64,000 nt of DNA from the human T2T-CHM13v2.0 reference genome, Homo sapiens (GCF_009914755.1 NC_060932.1), one strand, 5' to 3'. Shown: positions 43,100 to 56,019, numbered from the stretch's first letter. The notes: generated by a model not told the origin, from the sequence alone. Numbers and translations are program-made.

Positions 43100-46000
43100 G
43101 GTGTATAGCCAGAACAATGGCACGGGGCAGGGCAAAGATGCTCACCCAGGTCTCAGGTTGCAGGTGGAGCTGTGTTGCAGTCAGAAGGGGAGGGACCTCC
43201 TCTACCCGGCTCCAGGTCTGGTTCTCGTGCACTGCTGCAGCAGTGCTGTCGTTGACAAAGCAAAGACACCTGCCCTGGTCCTCCGTGCAGCTGGCACGGA
43301 GTCACAGTCAGCAGAAGAGGAACACACACACCCCATCCCCACCAGGTCCTGAGTGCACAGCCGCAACAGTAACACGGTCCACAGGATGAGACGGCTCACC
43401 CGAGTCCGCCATGCGCAGCCCTGCCACTGTCTGCAGGGTAAGGACGCCCACCTGGGTTCTTGTGCCAGCCACAGTTGTGCCACAGTCCGTAGGGTAAGGA
43501 CTCCCCCAGAGTAAGGACTCCCGCCTGAGTCCTGGCTGCGCAGCCTGTGTTGCCAGTCGCAGGGTAATACACTCGCCTGCATCGTGGGTGCCCCGCCACC
43601 GCCCTGCCACAGTCTACAAGGCAAGAACGCCCGTCTGGGTCCGTAGTGTGCAGCCGCAGCTGTGCTGCTGTCCACACCATAAAAACTCCTGGCCACAGAC
43701 GTGCCACAGTCGGCAGGATAAGAATGCCCAGCTGGATCTTGGGGTGCACAGCCCCAGCTGTGCCGCTGTCCACAGGGTAAGAACGCCTGTCTGGGTGGGT
43801 CCTTGGTGCACAACCACAGGCGCGCTGCAGTCGGCAGAGTGAGGAGCCTGCCTGGGTCCTCCATACGCAGTCGCAGCTGTGCCGCTGCTCCCAGGGTCAT
43901 GACGCCTACCCAGGTCCTTAGTGCGTGGCTACAGACGTGCCGCAGTCCTACCGGGAAAGGTGCCAGCTCATGTCCTCAATGAGCAGCTGCAGAATTGCCG
44001 CCGTCTGAAGGATAAGGATGCCCACCAACATACGCAGTCGCACCCTTGCCGCAGTCCGCACAGTAAAGACGCTCACCAGGTCCTCCGCAGCCAACCGCAG
44101 GGTAGTGTCACCCAGGTAGCTCTCAGTGCCGGCTTCAGCAGCACCAGGCAATCCGCAGGGTAAGGACGCCTGCCGGGGTCCTCCACAGCTATCTGCAGGG
44201 TAGGGAACGCTCAGCTAGGTCTCAGTGCAGGGGATTCAGCAGCGCTGAGATCAGCGGGGTAAAGAGCTCGCCCGGGTCATCCGCAGCCATCCACAGCGGA
44301 GAACACTCAGCCTAGATCTCAGCGCGAGGCTTCAGCATTCCTGCGATCTCCAGAGCCACCCAGATCCTCCGCAGCCTACCACAGGGGAAGACACCCAGCT
44401 AGGTCTCCGTGCGCGGCTTCAGCAGCGGCGCAATCCACAGGGTAAAGAGTCCGCCCAGGTCCTCCGCAGGCTTCCGCAGGGGAGGACACTCAGCTAGGTC
44501 TTCAAGCGCGGCTTCAGCAGCACCAGGCGATCCGCAGGCTAAAAACGCCCCCCAGGGTTCTCCGCTGCCATCCGCAGGGCAGGAACACCCGGCTAGGTCT
44601 CTGTACAGTTCCCGCAGCACCACCTTCCACAGTATAATGACGCCCGCCCCCGCAGTATAATGACGCCCGCCCGGGTTCTCCGCAGCCGTCCACTGGGTGG
44701 GGACACCCAGTTAGGTCTCAGTGCATGGCTTCAGCATCCCCGCGATGCACAAAGTAACGACGCCTCCTCCCTCCTCTCATCCTCTGCAGCCGTCCGCAGA
44801 GGACGACACCAGCTAGGTCTCAGTGCGCAGCTGCGGCATTCCTGCTATGCACAAAGTAATGACGCCCACCCAGGTCCTCCGCAGCTGTCCGCAGGGGAAG
44901 ACACCAGCTAGATGTAAGTGCGCAGCTGCAGCAATCCCGCGATCCACAAAGTAATGACGCCCGCCCAGATCCTCCGCAGCCGTGCACAGGGGAGGACACC
45001 CAGGTAGGTCTCAGTGCGCAGCTACAGCATTCCCGCGATCCACAAAGTAACAACGTCCGCCCAGATCCTCCACAGCCGTGCACAGGGGAGGACACCCAGC
45101 TACGTCTCAGTGCGGGGCTTTAGCAGCGCTAGGCCATTCACAGGGTAAACACGCCCACCGGGGTTCTCCGTCGCCACCGCAGGGTAAGACACTCAGCTAG
45201 GTCTCAGTGCGCAGCTGCAGGAGTGCCGCAGTCCGCAGGGTACTGACGCCCTCCGTGATCCTGCGCAGCCTTCCGCAGGGGAGACACCCAGCTAGGTCTC
45301 TGCGCAGCTGCAGGAGTGCCGCAGTCCGCAGGGTACTGACGCTCTCCTGAATCTTCCGCAGCGTTCTGCAAGGGAGACACCCAGCGAGGTCTCTGCGCAA
45401 CTGCAGTAGTGCCGCAATCCGCAGGCTACTGACGCCCTCCAGAGTTCTCCGCAGCCTTCCGCAGGGGAGACAGGTCTCAGCGAGCAGCTGCAGGAGTGCC
45501 GCAATCCTCAGGGTACTGAAGCCCACCCGGGTTCTCCACAGCCTTCCACAGGGGACGACGCACAGCTAGGTCTCAGCTGCTTCAGTATCCCGGGATCCAC
45601 AAAGTAATGACGTTCGCCCAGATCCTCCGCAGCCGTCCGCAGGGAAGACACTCAGCTAGGTCTCAGTGCGCAGCTGCAGGAGTGCCGCAGTCTACAGGGT
45701 ACTGACCCCCGCCCGGGTCCCCCACAGCCTTCTGCAAGGGAGACACCCAGCTAGGTCTCTGCACAGCTGCAGGAGTGCCGCAATCCACAGGGTACTGACA
45801 CCCGCCCGGGTCTCTGCAGCCTTCCACAGGGTAGGAACACCCAGCTAGGTCTCAGTGCGCGGCTTCAGCATCCCCGTGACGCGCAGGGTACTGATGCCCA
45901 CGCTGGTCCTCCGCAGCCTTCTCCAGGGGAGGACACCCAGCTAGGTCTCTGCGCAGCTGCAGGAGTGCCACAAGCCTCAGGGTACTGACGCTCACCCAGG

Positions 46001-46620
46001 TCCTCCGCAGCCTTCCGCAGGGGAGATACCCAGCTAGGTCTCAGCGCGCAGCTTCAGCATCCCCGCGATCCGCAGAGTATTGACGCCCACCCGGGTCCTC
46101 CGCAGCCTAGAGCAAGGGACTGCGGAACGAGTGCCGCAATCTTCAGGGTATTGACGCCCACCCGGGTCCTCCGCAGCCAAGAGCAAGGGACTGCGGAAGG
46201 AGTGCCGCAATCTTCAGGGTATTGACGCCCACCCGGGTCCTCCGCAGCCTAGAGCAGGGAACTGCGGAAAGAGTGCCACAATCCTCAGGGTATTGACGCC
46301 CACCCAAGTCCTCCGCAGCCTTCCGCAGGGGAGATACGCAGCTAGGTCTCAGTGCGCAGCTTCAGCATCCCTACAATCCGCAGGGTACTGATGCCCACCA
46401 AGGTCCTCCGCAGCCGTCAGCAGGGTAGCGACACCCAGCCAGGTCTCAGCGCATGGCTTCAGGAGTGCCTCAATTCACAGGGTACTGACGGTCACCCAGG
46501 TCTTCTACTGCTGTATGCAGGGTCGGGACACCCAGCTACGTCTCGGTTCGCGACTTCAGCCGCAACATGATCCGCGTAGTAAGGACGCCTGCCCGCCCAG
46601 GTCTTCCATGTACCGCTGCG
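43100..46620. repeat. CpG-rich degenerate tandem array (~57-bp monomers, then ~93-96-bp dimers, then 71-bp x3)
   Basis: Recurring cagctaggtctc(ag)tgcgcagctgcaggagtgccgca.tccgcagggtactgacgccc...cctccgcagccttccgcaggggagacacc. cagctag recurs at 45194/45289 (variant cagcgag at 45382); gtattgacgcccac recurs at 46077/46148/46219/46290. Confidence 0.95.
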
Positions 46621-47070
46621 GCTCTGGCGCAGACTGCAGCGTAAACACCCCTGGTCGTACGTTCGGCCCCGCCCTCAGCCCCTCCCTTCCTGGGCACCAT
46701 TGGGGCCTCCTTGTTGGCAGGGCTGTGCTCGCACCGGATCCGAAGCGGACTCTGCATTCAGGCTCACGCGCTCTGGAAGGGAAGGGCGCTGGAGATGAGG
46801 GTGGCCGTGCGTCTGCGAGCTGTGAAGCCTGTGTTTGTGACTGTAATCTCACTCACGGGTGACAGGGCCCTGAGGATGACTCCGTGTCCTAGACTGCGGG
46901 TATTAACATGGGGCCTCTTCCGTGCCTTTCCGAGGCGAAAGCCTGGGTGGGTTCGGAGGCGTCAGCGCTAAAATCCTATAGGCTAAGTTACAGGGCCTTC
47001 TCGCTTTATTAACTAAAGGACTAGTAACAGCCTCAGAGCGCTCCCTGGAGGACTATATGTGACGTACTAA
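46600..47070 (-). promoter_or_regulatory. CpG-island promoter: CCAAT, GC box and Inr oriented leftwards (possibly bidirectional)
   Basis: On the minus strand: CCAAT 46703-46699, GGGCGGGGCC 46674-46665, Inr-like GCAGTCT with A at ~46635. Also a FOX-like GTAAACA at 46641 and a CRE-like TGACGTA at ~47060. High CpG retention. Confidence 0.65.
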
Positions 47071-47228
47071 TTTCTAACAAAAAGTTGAAATTAAGAAATT
47101 TTCACCTTTTCATGTTTTTGTACATAGAGTGCTATTTGAACCATTTATGTTTTCTTATTTGTCCTTCCTCTTCTAGCCACAAGCCATCTTTTGGCCAGGC
47201 AGCTTTATTCCAAATCAAAATGAGCATA

Positions 47229-47513
47229 TCTTTTTCTTTGAGACGGAGTCTCGCTCTGTCACCCAGGCTGGAGTGCAATGGTGCCATCTTGGCTAACTCC
47301 AACCTCTGCCTCCCAGATTCAAGCGATTCTCCTGCCTCAGCCTCCCAAGTAGCTGAAACTACAGGTCCACACTACGATGCCTAATTTTTGTATTTTTACT
47401 AGAAATGGGATTTCACTATGTTGGCCAGGCTGGTCTTGAACTCTTGACCTCAGGTGATCCACCCGCCTCTGCCTCCCAGCTAGAATTACAGGCCTGAGCC
47501 ACTGTGCCTGGCC
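47229..47513 (-). mobile_element. AluS
   Basis: Reverse Alu. Confidence 0.93.
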
Positions 47514-47607
47514 ATTAAAATAAGCATTTTAAAATACATTTTTAGGTGCTGATCACAGAGAAATATTTGAAAATTCTGGTTACTATGAACTTGGGTTGGT
47601 TTTGTAG

Positions 47608-48025
<418 letters not shown>

Positions 48026-48556
48026 TGATGTTCTGGTATATCAATATTTCAGTTGCTATTTAGAATGTCTTATCCCAGTTAAATATCAGATTGGCTCCAG
48101 AAAATGCATATTGGAGAGTAGTGTGCTTTTTGTTCCATGTGGTTTTATATGCTGTTTTGTTGGTTTGTATTTGCCTAGTTACTAGAGTCCAAACTGTAAC
48201 AGAATGTAGTTAAAACCAGTGATTAATGTAACTTATGATGCTTTGTAAGAGACAATAAATGTGGTATTTGGGGTTGTTGCTGTGATTACTAGTGCAACTC
48301 AAAATTATTGCTTCTCTCAAAGTTTGTAACACTCTGTGTTAACTTTAATTTTTAAAAATATGTCTAATGTGTTTTCCTGACTACCCAGGTGGAAATGAAA
48401 GAAAGAGATGTAATAGACTCATGTGAATTTAATGGAAAATCTTAGCCTGGGTCTCAGAGAAATTGAAATTCTTATAGATGTCTTAAGTTGGTATTTGGCA
48501 CATAGTGCTAGACAATAAATATTTGTCCAATAAATAAAATACCAGCCTCCCCCCAC

Positions 48557-48598
48557 CACACACACACACACACACACGCATGCACGCACACACACAGA
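48557..48598. repeat. (CA)n microsatellite, interrupted
   Basis: Directly visible. Confidence 0.95.
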
Positions 48599-49459
48599 CA
48601 TAGACATGGGGGAGAAGAAGACATAGTTTACCATGTTCTCTCCCACACATAACTTCCTCATTGGCTGGTCAACACACAACTCTTGGTTTGGTTTGGTCCT
48701 GCCTAGTTCACTGCTTACTTCTGTCTCTATCTTCTGATTAGAGTAGGTTGAAGGGAAGACAGAAGGAGAAGAGACTGAAGAAGTGAGCAGAGACAAGTTT
48801 TTCAGGAGGCCGGCCTGCAAAGGCCAACAAGAATGGCAGTGTGGACTCGGAGTACACATGGCTGCCTCTTGCACATGATGCTATCTTGCTGTATGATTCT
48901 GGGCAAATACTTTCAAGTCCTGCCTCTCACTCTGTTCACCCCCACTGAGCGAGGGGCTGGGCAGGATAAAGCTCAACCCCCGACATGCCTGTGGCTCCCA
49001 TTTTGAGGGAGTTGCAAAGCTGAGTGTCTGAAGCGCCAGGATCATGTCTGACTTACGAAGATGAGGCATAATCCTGAGCAAACAAGCACCCAGTGATGAA
49101 ATGAAGGGATGCTAGAAAGCAGGAATTCCACTAGCAGAAGGAGCATGAAAGACCTGCCGCTCCCCACTCCCACAGCACAGACGAGAGGACCGAGGGATGG
49201 GAGGTAACAACAGAGGGTTAGCAATAGGGTTTCCTCATACTCAGCCTGAGACACCCTCCTTAATTACATCAGCGCTCTCTTCCAGACCCTCGATGACAAT
49301 TGTTTACGAGCTTCCCTTTTTCAGAAGCATTTTTAGTGCAGCATTATCGGGGCAAATATTTACCTCCCTGTGCCTCAGTTTCCTCATCTGTAAACCAGGA
49401 CTAGTAATAGGACCCACCTCGGAGAATTGTGAAGATTAAATGACAGAGCTCACGTGAGG

Positions 49460-49690
49460 CAGCGCCTCTCATCAGGGGCAATTCTGTCCCCAACCCCACC
49501 CACAGGGGAGCTTTGGCAATATCTGGTTGACATCCTGGTTGGTACAAGCGATTGGGGCAGGAAGGGACCCTACTGGCCTCCAGTGGGTTGAAGTGAGGGA
49601 TGCTCCTAAACATCCTATATCCTGTAGCCCCCTCCAACCGCAAAGAATTATCTAGAAAAAATGTCATAGTGCTGCTGTTGAAAAGTCCTG
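49460..49690 (+). mobile_element. MER20 (hAT-Charlie) inserted in a MIR
   Basis: ggggcaattctgtcccc ... tttggcaatatctgg ... gggatgctcctaaacatccta ... gttgaaaagtcctg; MIR text (cctcagtttcctcatctgtaaa) upstream. Confidence 0.8.
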
Positions 49691-52600
49691 ATGTGAAATC
49701 TTAGAATAGTGCCTAGAATCTAATGAGTAGCAATGAAGAATAGTTGATACCATATTACTAATGATACCGTCATGACTACAAAGCACTCTCCTTAGCCATG
49801 ACGCTATCTCAGCTGGTCTTCACAATGACCCTCTGAGATACACACGACTATTCTTTTTACAGATGAAGGTACTAAGAGGTTCTAAGACAAAATGTGACTT
49901 GCCAAGAGTTACCCAGCTAAGAAGAAACAGGATCAGGTCTTGAACCTGGGCAGCCCAACTCCTGTGTTCTTTCCATCACTCCACCCTCCCACCTGGGAGA
50001 GAGAGACGGTGTATACCACCAGCTGATTCCTGAGCAACAGAAATACGTGTTTTTGAGCATATCAATGAAGATATCTGAATAATTTATTGGCATGCATCTC
50101 TAAATCCAGACGCTGGACCATCCCTTTGCTTCCTATGTTTATTCATTCACTCAGCAGTTACTTAGCACTTATCCTGGGTACCAAGCATTGTACCATATGC
50201 CAGGCTGGAGATGCAGGGATGAAACTGTCTCCTGGGAGGGCAGATCTGTAAACAAAGAATGACAGTAGAATACATGTGCTACACTGTATGCCAGGGCTGT
50301 CGGCTGTAAGCATAGAGCTATGGAGCCAGATGAAAGACCTCTGCAACAGCCTGAACGGAACCAGGAGGGCTCCCCGCTCTGCAATGGGTCTTGAAGAACG
50401 AGGCATTTTCTAGGAAGATCAATGAAGAAAGATGTTCTCGGGAGGGAGAAATATGAGGCAACATGGAATATCATCAGGAATAAAGATGACTGAGACCCTG
50501 CGATCTCTGAGATACTCACAGGCCCGTGCGATAGTTGGATATCTAAGTGGGCACTCATGATCTTAGACAAATAATATGCAAGTAGTATGATGGCACGATG
50601 GGGGGAGCTGTGAACTAGCTAGGGAAACAGATGAAAGAGGCCAAGTTTCTCCCGATATTTTCAGCCACAGTCTGAAATGCAGCAGCTCTGAGGCAGGGAG
50701 ATGACAACGCAGGCGGCAGGAATGCTGCGTCACACACAGGTGCTGTAAAAAGCTACGACACACACCCTCCTGGGGGTGCCATTCCCCCAGCCCAGGCACC
50801 AGGCCCGGACCAGCTGTAGTTACCCAGCTAACAGAAGAACGGTTCACACCGACAAGGTACTTCTTAAACATCCTTCTTGTGATTAGGACATTTCCCAGAG
50901 TTGCCTCGAACTGAAGCCTTACTTCCTCTTTCTAACCCTTTTAGAAACAGTGTTAATGGCGACATTTAACGACATGGAGCTCCCTGAGTTGACTCTGCCT
51001 CCGCTTGCCCCCTGGGCCTGTCATCCATGCTGCATCGTGGCAGGGTCCCACTCAGCAGCAGCCCTGACTGCGTGGCTCCTGGGACAGCCCAAACGTACTC
51101 AGCCACCACTTGGCCGGCTCCAGCCACCTGCCCCCAGGACTGAAGGTTATGCAGATACACAGACCTGGTCCATCCTCTTCTACCCTCCCCCAGGTCTCCC
51201 CTTTCCAACCCCAGCTCATAAAGTCCTAGGTTCCTGTTTCTTACTGTGATTAGCAGCATATCATTGTCATTAGTGGCCTCACCCAGAGGCCTCATGTCAA
51301 GGGAAATGGCGACTGTGCTCAAATAGTGGTTGACGCATAATAAATGGTCTATAAATATATGGCAAATTGATGGATGAATTGGTAATTTATTCTGAACAGT
51401 CAGCACTTCTCTTGAGACTTCGGCTAACACTGTTGAATCTGTCTCCCCCTGGTTATCCAGTTTGATTCCCTGGGCTGGTCGGATGGTTCCTTCCTGGCCA
51501 CAGTACAGTGCCTTTCTTCCTGGAACTACTGGGCCTCCTTATTGTCAAGAGAGAAAAAAATAACTATACTTCATAAAGACACCTGCTTAGGAGAGAAAGC
51601 AGAGCGCCATGTGTATAAACCCTCCTGACGTGCCCTATCTTTTCACGCTTCCCTCCCTTTGAGCACCCTGTGGACCTTTCTGGAATGAGCTCCATCTATG
51701 CTTCTCTTACCCACCTGGTAAACACCTCGTCTCCTCCTAGATCTAGCAGTACCTCCTCTGTGAAGCCTTTCCTCAGCTCCTTCTCCCTGCCCTCTTTATG
51801 TCTCCTCTGGGACACTTTCTTTTTGTCTTTAATCGCATCTTCATTACCTAACTCACCCTGTGGGGGGAGGCTCCAGGAAGGAGAGAGACTGCATGCAGTC
51901 TGAATCTCAGAACACCAGAGGGTCTGTCCTCAGTGACAGAGGGCCAGCGGGCAGCACTACCAGGCTGGCCACTCCTTCATAGGAGACCTTGTGTGGCAGA
52001 AGGGTCTGTCTCTCATCTTTCCTTAAAAGCAGAAAGGACGAGAACGAGCAATCAAAGGTCCAAGCCTATCCAAAGAGCTAAATCACCAAGTCAAATGTGG
52101 ATTTTGTAATGATGAACTAAAAAAAAAAAAAAAAAGTCTGGTGCTCAGATCAAAAAGCAACACCAATGACAAAGTGCGGGATGATGAATCACACAGGGCT
52201 CAGCTCAACCTTCAGAACAAAGGCAAGGTCAGTGTTGCCAGGACGAAAGCCTCTCCGCCTGCTTCCTCATTCAGCACCTGAACAACAGCCATCAGATCGT
52301 GCCATCAGAGCAGAGGCCCCGGGTCCCAAAGAATCAACACCAGGTTCGCATTTTTGTGTCAGACAGTCGTTCACAGAAAAGCCAGAAAAGTTGCTGACAG
52401 GTACCTAGGTAACTGATTTCGACTGAAGATCAAAAAGAATTTCCCAACTGTCAGTTATCCCAAAACTAGACAAGATGCCTGAGAGGGGATTGCCAGTTCC
52501 TAGGCAAGTTCACACAACATCAGTCACTGAGGAATGCAGGTCAAGCCAGGCCTTGCCAAGATGCCCGCAGGGTGAGTGGATGTCACGGCCTATGGGGCTG

Positions 52601-55294
52601 CTGGGATGGTCATTCAAAGCAACTACACATGGAGGGAGCAGACTGTGAACACCAGCTGTGTTCTTGGTCGTGGGGGAGCGAGGGGGCAGTGAGGTAGGAC
52701 AGGGAAACACAAGCTTTGGAGCAAGAGAAACAGACTGCAAGTCTTTTACTGACCAGCTGGGTGACCTTGAAAAGGCCATTTCACCTCTGAGACTCAAATT
52801 CTTCCCACGAAAAAAAGAGGATAATGCCGACCTCAAACGTATTGTTACAAGAACGAAGCAAGATAGCCTATATAAAGGGCTTGAACAGTGCCAAGCTCCA
52901 CAGAGATACTCAGAAACACAGATCCCTTTCCTGTTTTTCTCCTTGAGTAGTACTGATCTTTACATCCCTGGCAATTAGCAAAGTGCCTGGCACATAATAC
53001 AGTCTTAATAAACATTTGCAAACGTTTACATTTCAGTGGTGCCTCTGTTCAAGATAGGAGTTCGGATCCTGAGCTCCATGAGCGCCAGAAGTCTAAGAAC
53101 CTCCAGACATAGAGAGGAGATTTTGCGTGTGTGTCCTTTCTTTTGAGGGAATGATCCATGGCTTTAAATTGGAGATTCAAAGAAGTCCTTGGCCAAAAAT
53201 ACAGCAAGGACCACCATACTACAGGCATTGAAACCACCACCAGGAGCATATCCTTCTTCTCCTCCCTTCTACTCTGCTTTCAAGTCCTGGTTCAATTCAA
53301 ATCCCCTCCTCTGAAGTCTCAGAGCACTTACTGTCTGTACAAGGTCTTAGTAATTATGAAATCTCAGATCCACAGGAAGGTAGAAATGGAAGGCTTTTTA
53401 CGGTCATTCCTTTGTTTATTCGCTTACTAAGTATTCAGTTCAGCTCCTCCAGTGCACCAGGCATGGTGCTTTATGCTAAGACCAGAACATCAAGTAAAAT
53501 GGAACAGTCCCCACCCTCAAGACAACTGCAACAAAGATAAAACTAAGTAACTGGAGAACTGTCATTGTAAGAGAACCGAAGGATGCTATGAAAGGGGCAT
53601 GTAGCCAAGCCGTCCAGAATTGGAGGCAAATGGTACCGTGGGAGTGGCCCTCAGTTCCAGCAATGCCTCTCAGAAGTGACACCTGAGAATGGAGGAGGAG
53701 AAAGCCAGTGCAAGGGAGAAGAGGAATGGTGCCTCAGGCAGTAGGTAAGCATGGCCAAGGCTTACAGGCGAAAGCATGGAAATCATTTCCTTGTGGCCAG
53801 GCCACAAGACAGCCATGAGAAGAGCTGAGGCAAGACTGGCCAAGGGTATGGGCTTTATTGTAAGGGAGATGGGAAGGCATGCATGGCGCACTCTGACTGG
53901 GGGTCACAGAGGCAGCACAGAGACTCAATCTGTGCAGGGCAGAGAGGAGTGAAACATTTAAAGTCTGGCAGTTTCCATCTTGCCCACAATTTAGGCTAGG
54001 AAGAGCAAGTATGAGGCTCCAGGTTTTCAAAATGTGTGTGGTGGGGGTGGGGTGTAGGGGGATGAGACAGACAGACACGCACACATATATGCATGTAGAT
54101 ATGAGGATACGTGTGTTTATACATAGACAGGTTATCCTCTGGGTGATATCCGAACTCACAATTCACTGATTCATAATCTGTGGAGGATGAATGGAGAAGG
54201 GGTGGGGGCGGGGAGTTAAGAATTTCCCAGTACAGTCCTCTGTTTCCAAATAAGGAGACTGAGTCCTAGAGAAGGTAAATAGCCAACTACATAATTATCA
54301 AACAAGTCTCTTAGTTATTTGGAAAACCAGAATCAGAAGCCAAACTGCAGATGCCCAGCCCTGCACCCACAGCCACTAGGGGCACAGCCCTTCATCACGT
54401 ATCTTAGATACCTGGCAGCCTCTCAGAGTGGATGGGCAACACTTGCTCAATTCTGATGAGCTAGTTTGGTCTTTCATCCCTAACCTAGTCACACAGAAGC
54501 TCTGCACAATTCCCAGCATAGTCCCTGACACAGAGAAGGCGTTTAAAGCCAAGTGTCCATTTGACTTTACAGCATTTTGGTAGCACAAAGCTCCCGCTCG
54601 CCCCCCTTGCCCAGGGCGCACCTGGCCCCGACATCTACGCCTACCCTCACAGGCCTCCCAGGTGTGTATGACCAGGAAGATAAGTTGAAAGGATGAAGCC
54701 TGTTTGAAGGGTGGTTGTCAGACTCCCCGACCTTAGAAGAGCATCTTTCTGATGGTGTTTTTTGTTGGGTTTGTTCTCTGTTGTGTCCCAGTGCCTAGAA
54801 GCACACGTGGTATGCAGAAGGCCCTCAGCAAGTATGCAGGGAATTAACTGGCCAGATGTTCCTCATGACCCGTGTAGTTAATATTTGGCTTCAGTCAGAG
54901 CAGCGTGACATTTATCTGTTATGTATTTGGGGGATCTGTGAAGGTTTCACTTGAAGCAACATCCTATGACTAAGAATAGATTGAAAACCACTATCCAGAG
55001 GGGAGATATTTTTTCTTTTCCTTAGTTTCGAGAAGCCTTTTTACTTACTGAAAAACAGTGCAATATAAATGGAGTTTCCAAAAACCAAAACAGAGGTAAT
55101 TTATAACTACCCAAAATACTTTACTTTTCCTTTCCAATTCTGAAACAAATGTGATTCCAAAATGCCTCTAGGTACATGTTTGGATTTTATAAAAATTATA
55201 TAATGAAAGTGATGCCTCACAAGCAAAGGGAAGGCGAGGTCGACACAAGCCTCTCGCCATCCGTGGGCCGAGCACAGAGACAAATGGAGGCCCC

Positions 55295-55430
55295 CCTACC
55301 TGCTGAGCACCAGGACAACCCAAGTGATTCCAGGACATTCTGAGATGGGGAGGGGGCACTAATAATAATTACTCCAGGGCAGTATGAACAGGGCCTGTCT
55401 CAGACAAACTGGGGCATAGGGCACTCTGGT
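55295..55430. mobile_element. MER81-like hAT-Blackjack relic
   Basis: gggggcactaataataattactccagg ... ctgtctcagacaaactggggcatagggcactctg; recalled consensus. Confidence 0.55.
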
Positions 55431-56019
55431 AATAACCAGCAGGAGGTCATTAAATGCAAGGTCACCACTGGTCAAAATGGATGATTATCATCTAGGAGGG
55501 TCAAGTCCTAGCAAAATATGATTGCCACTCAAAAATACGAAGAGAAAACAGACCATGTGGTACAGTGAAACTAACATATCTGGGTCTAAATTCCAGGCCT
55601 GCCATTTACTAGCTGCATGACCTTGAAAAAAATACTATACAATTTACCCCTCAGGGTTAAGGATTAAATAAGAAAAAAATATATATGAGTGTAATCTACT
55701 GCACCTTACTGTATTCAGGGGTTGTGGGTATAGTGAGAAGCAGCTAAGGGTCAATGGTGCCTTCCCATTCCACCCTGTCAAAAACTGGGGAATATGGGGC
55801 AAGTTATTGAACCTCTCAAAAAATTCCTTTCCTCATTTGCCAACCAATAACCTCTCCCACCTGAAAGCATCAAAACAGAAGGCAGACACAGCCCAGTGTT
55901 TTACCCTGGGCCACGCAGGCCAGCCTGCCTGTTTCCTGGTCTGATGAACACTGAGGAAGGTCAACAGAGGCTGGGGAGACTGGGCTTTGAAGCCTTGTAA
56001 AAATTAATTACACTTAAAT

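Noticed and set aside
45197-45526. Leu-rich 31-aa repeat ORF (VSTLRTAALLQLRRDLAGCLPCGRLRR) suggesting an LRR or zinc-finger gene
   Set aside because: Unit lengths vary (93-96, 71, ~57 bp) and break frame, TAG stops recur, there is no C2H2 or LRR consensus, and there is no ATG start.
43100-46620. snoRNA/tRNA/miRNA cluster or SVA VNTR
   Set aside because: No recurring C box (RTGATGA) and D box pairs, no tRNA A/B boxes, and no SVA hexamer, Alu-like or SINE-R parts. I also could not match it to a named satellite from memory (needs a Dfam check).
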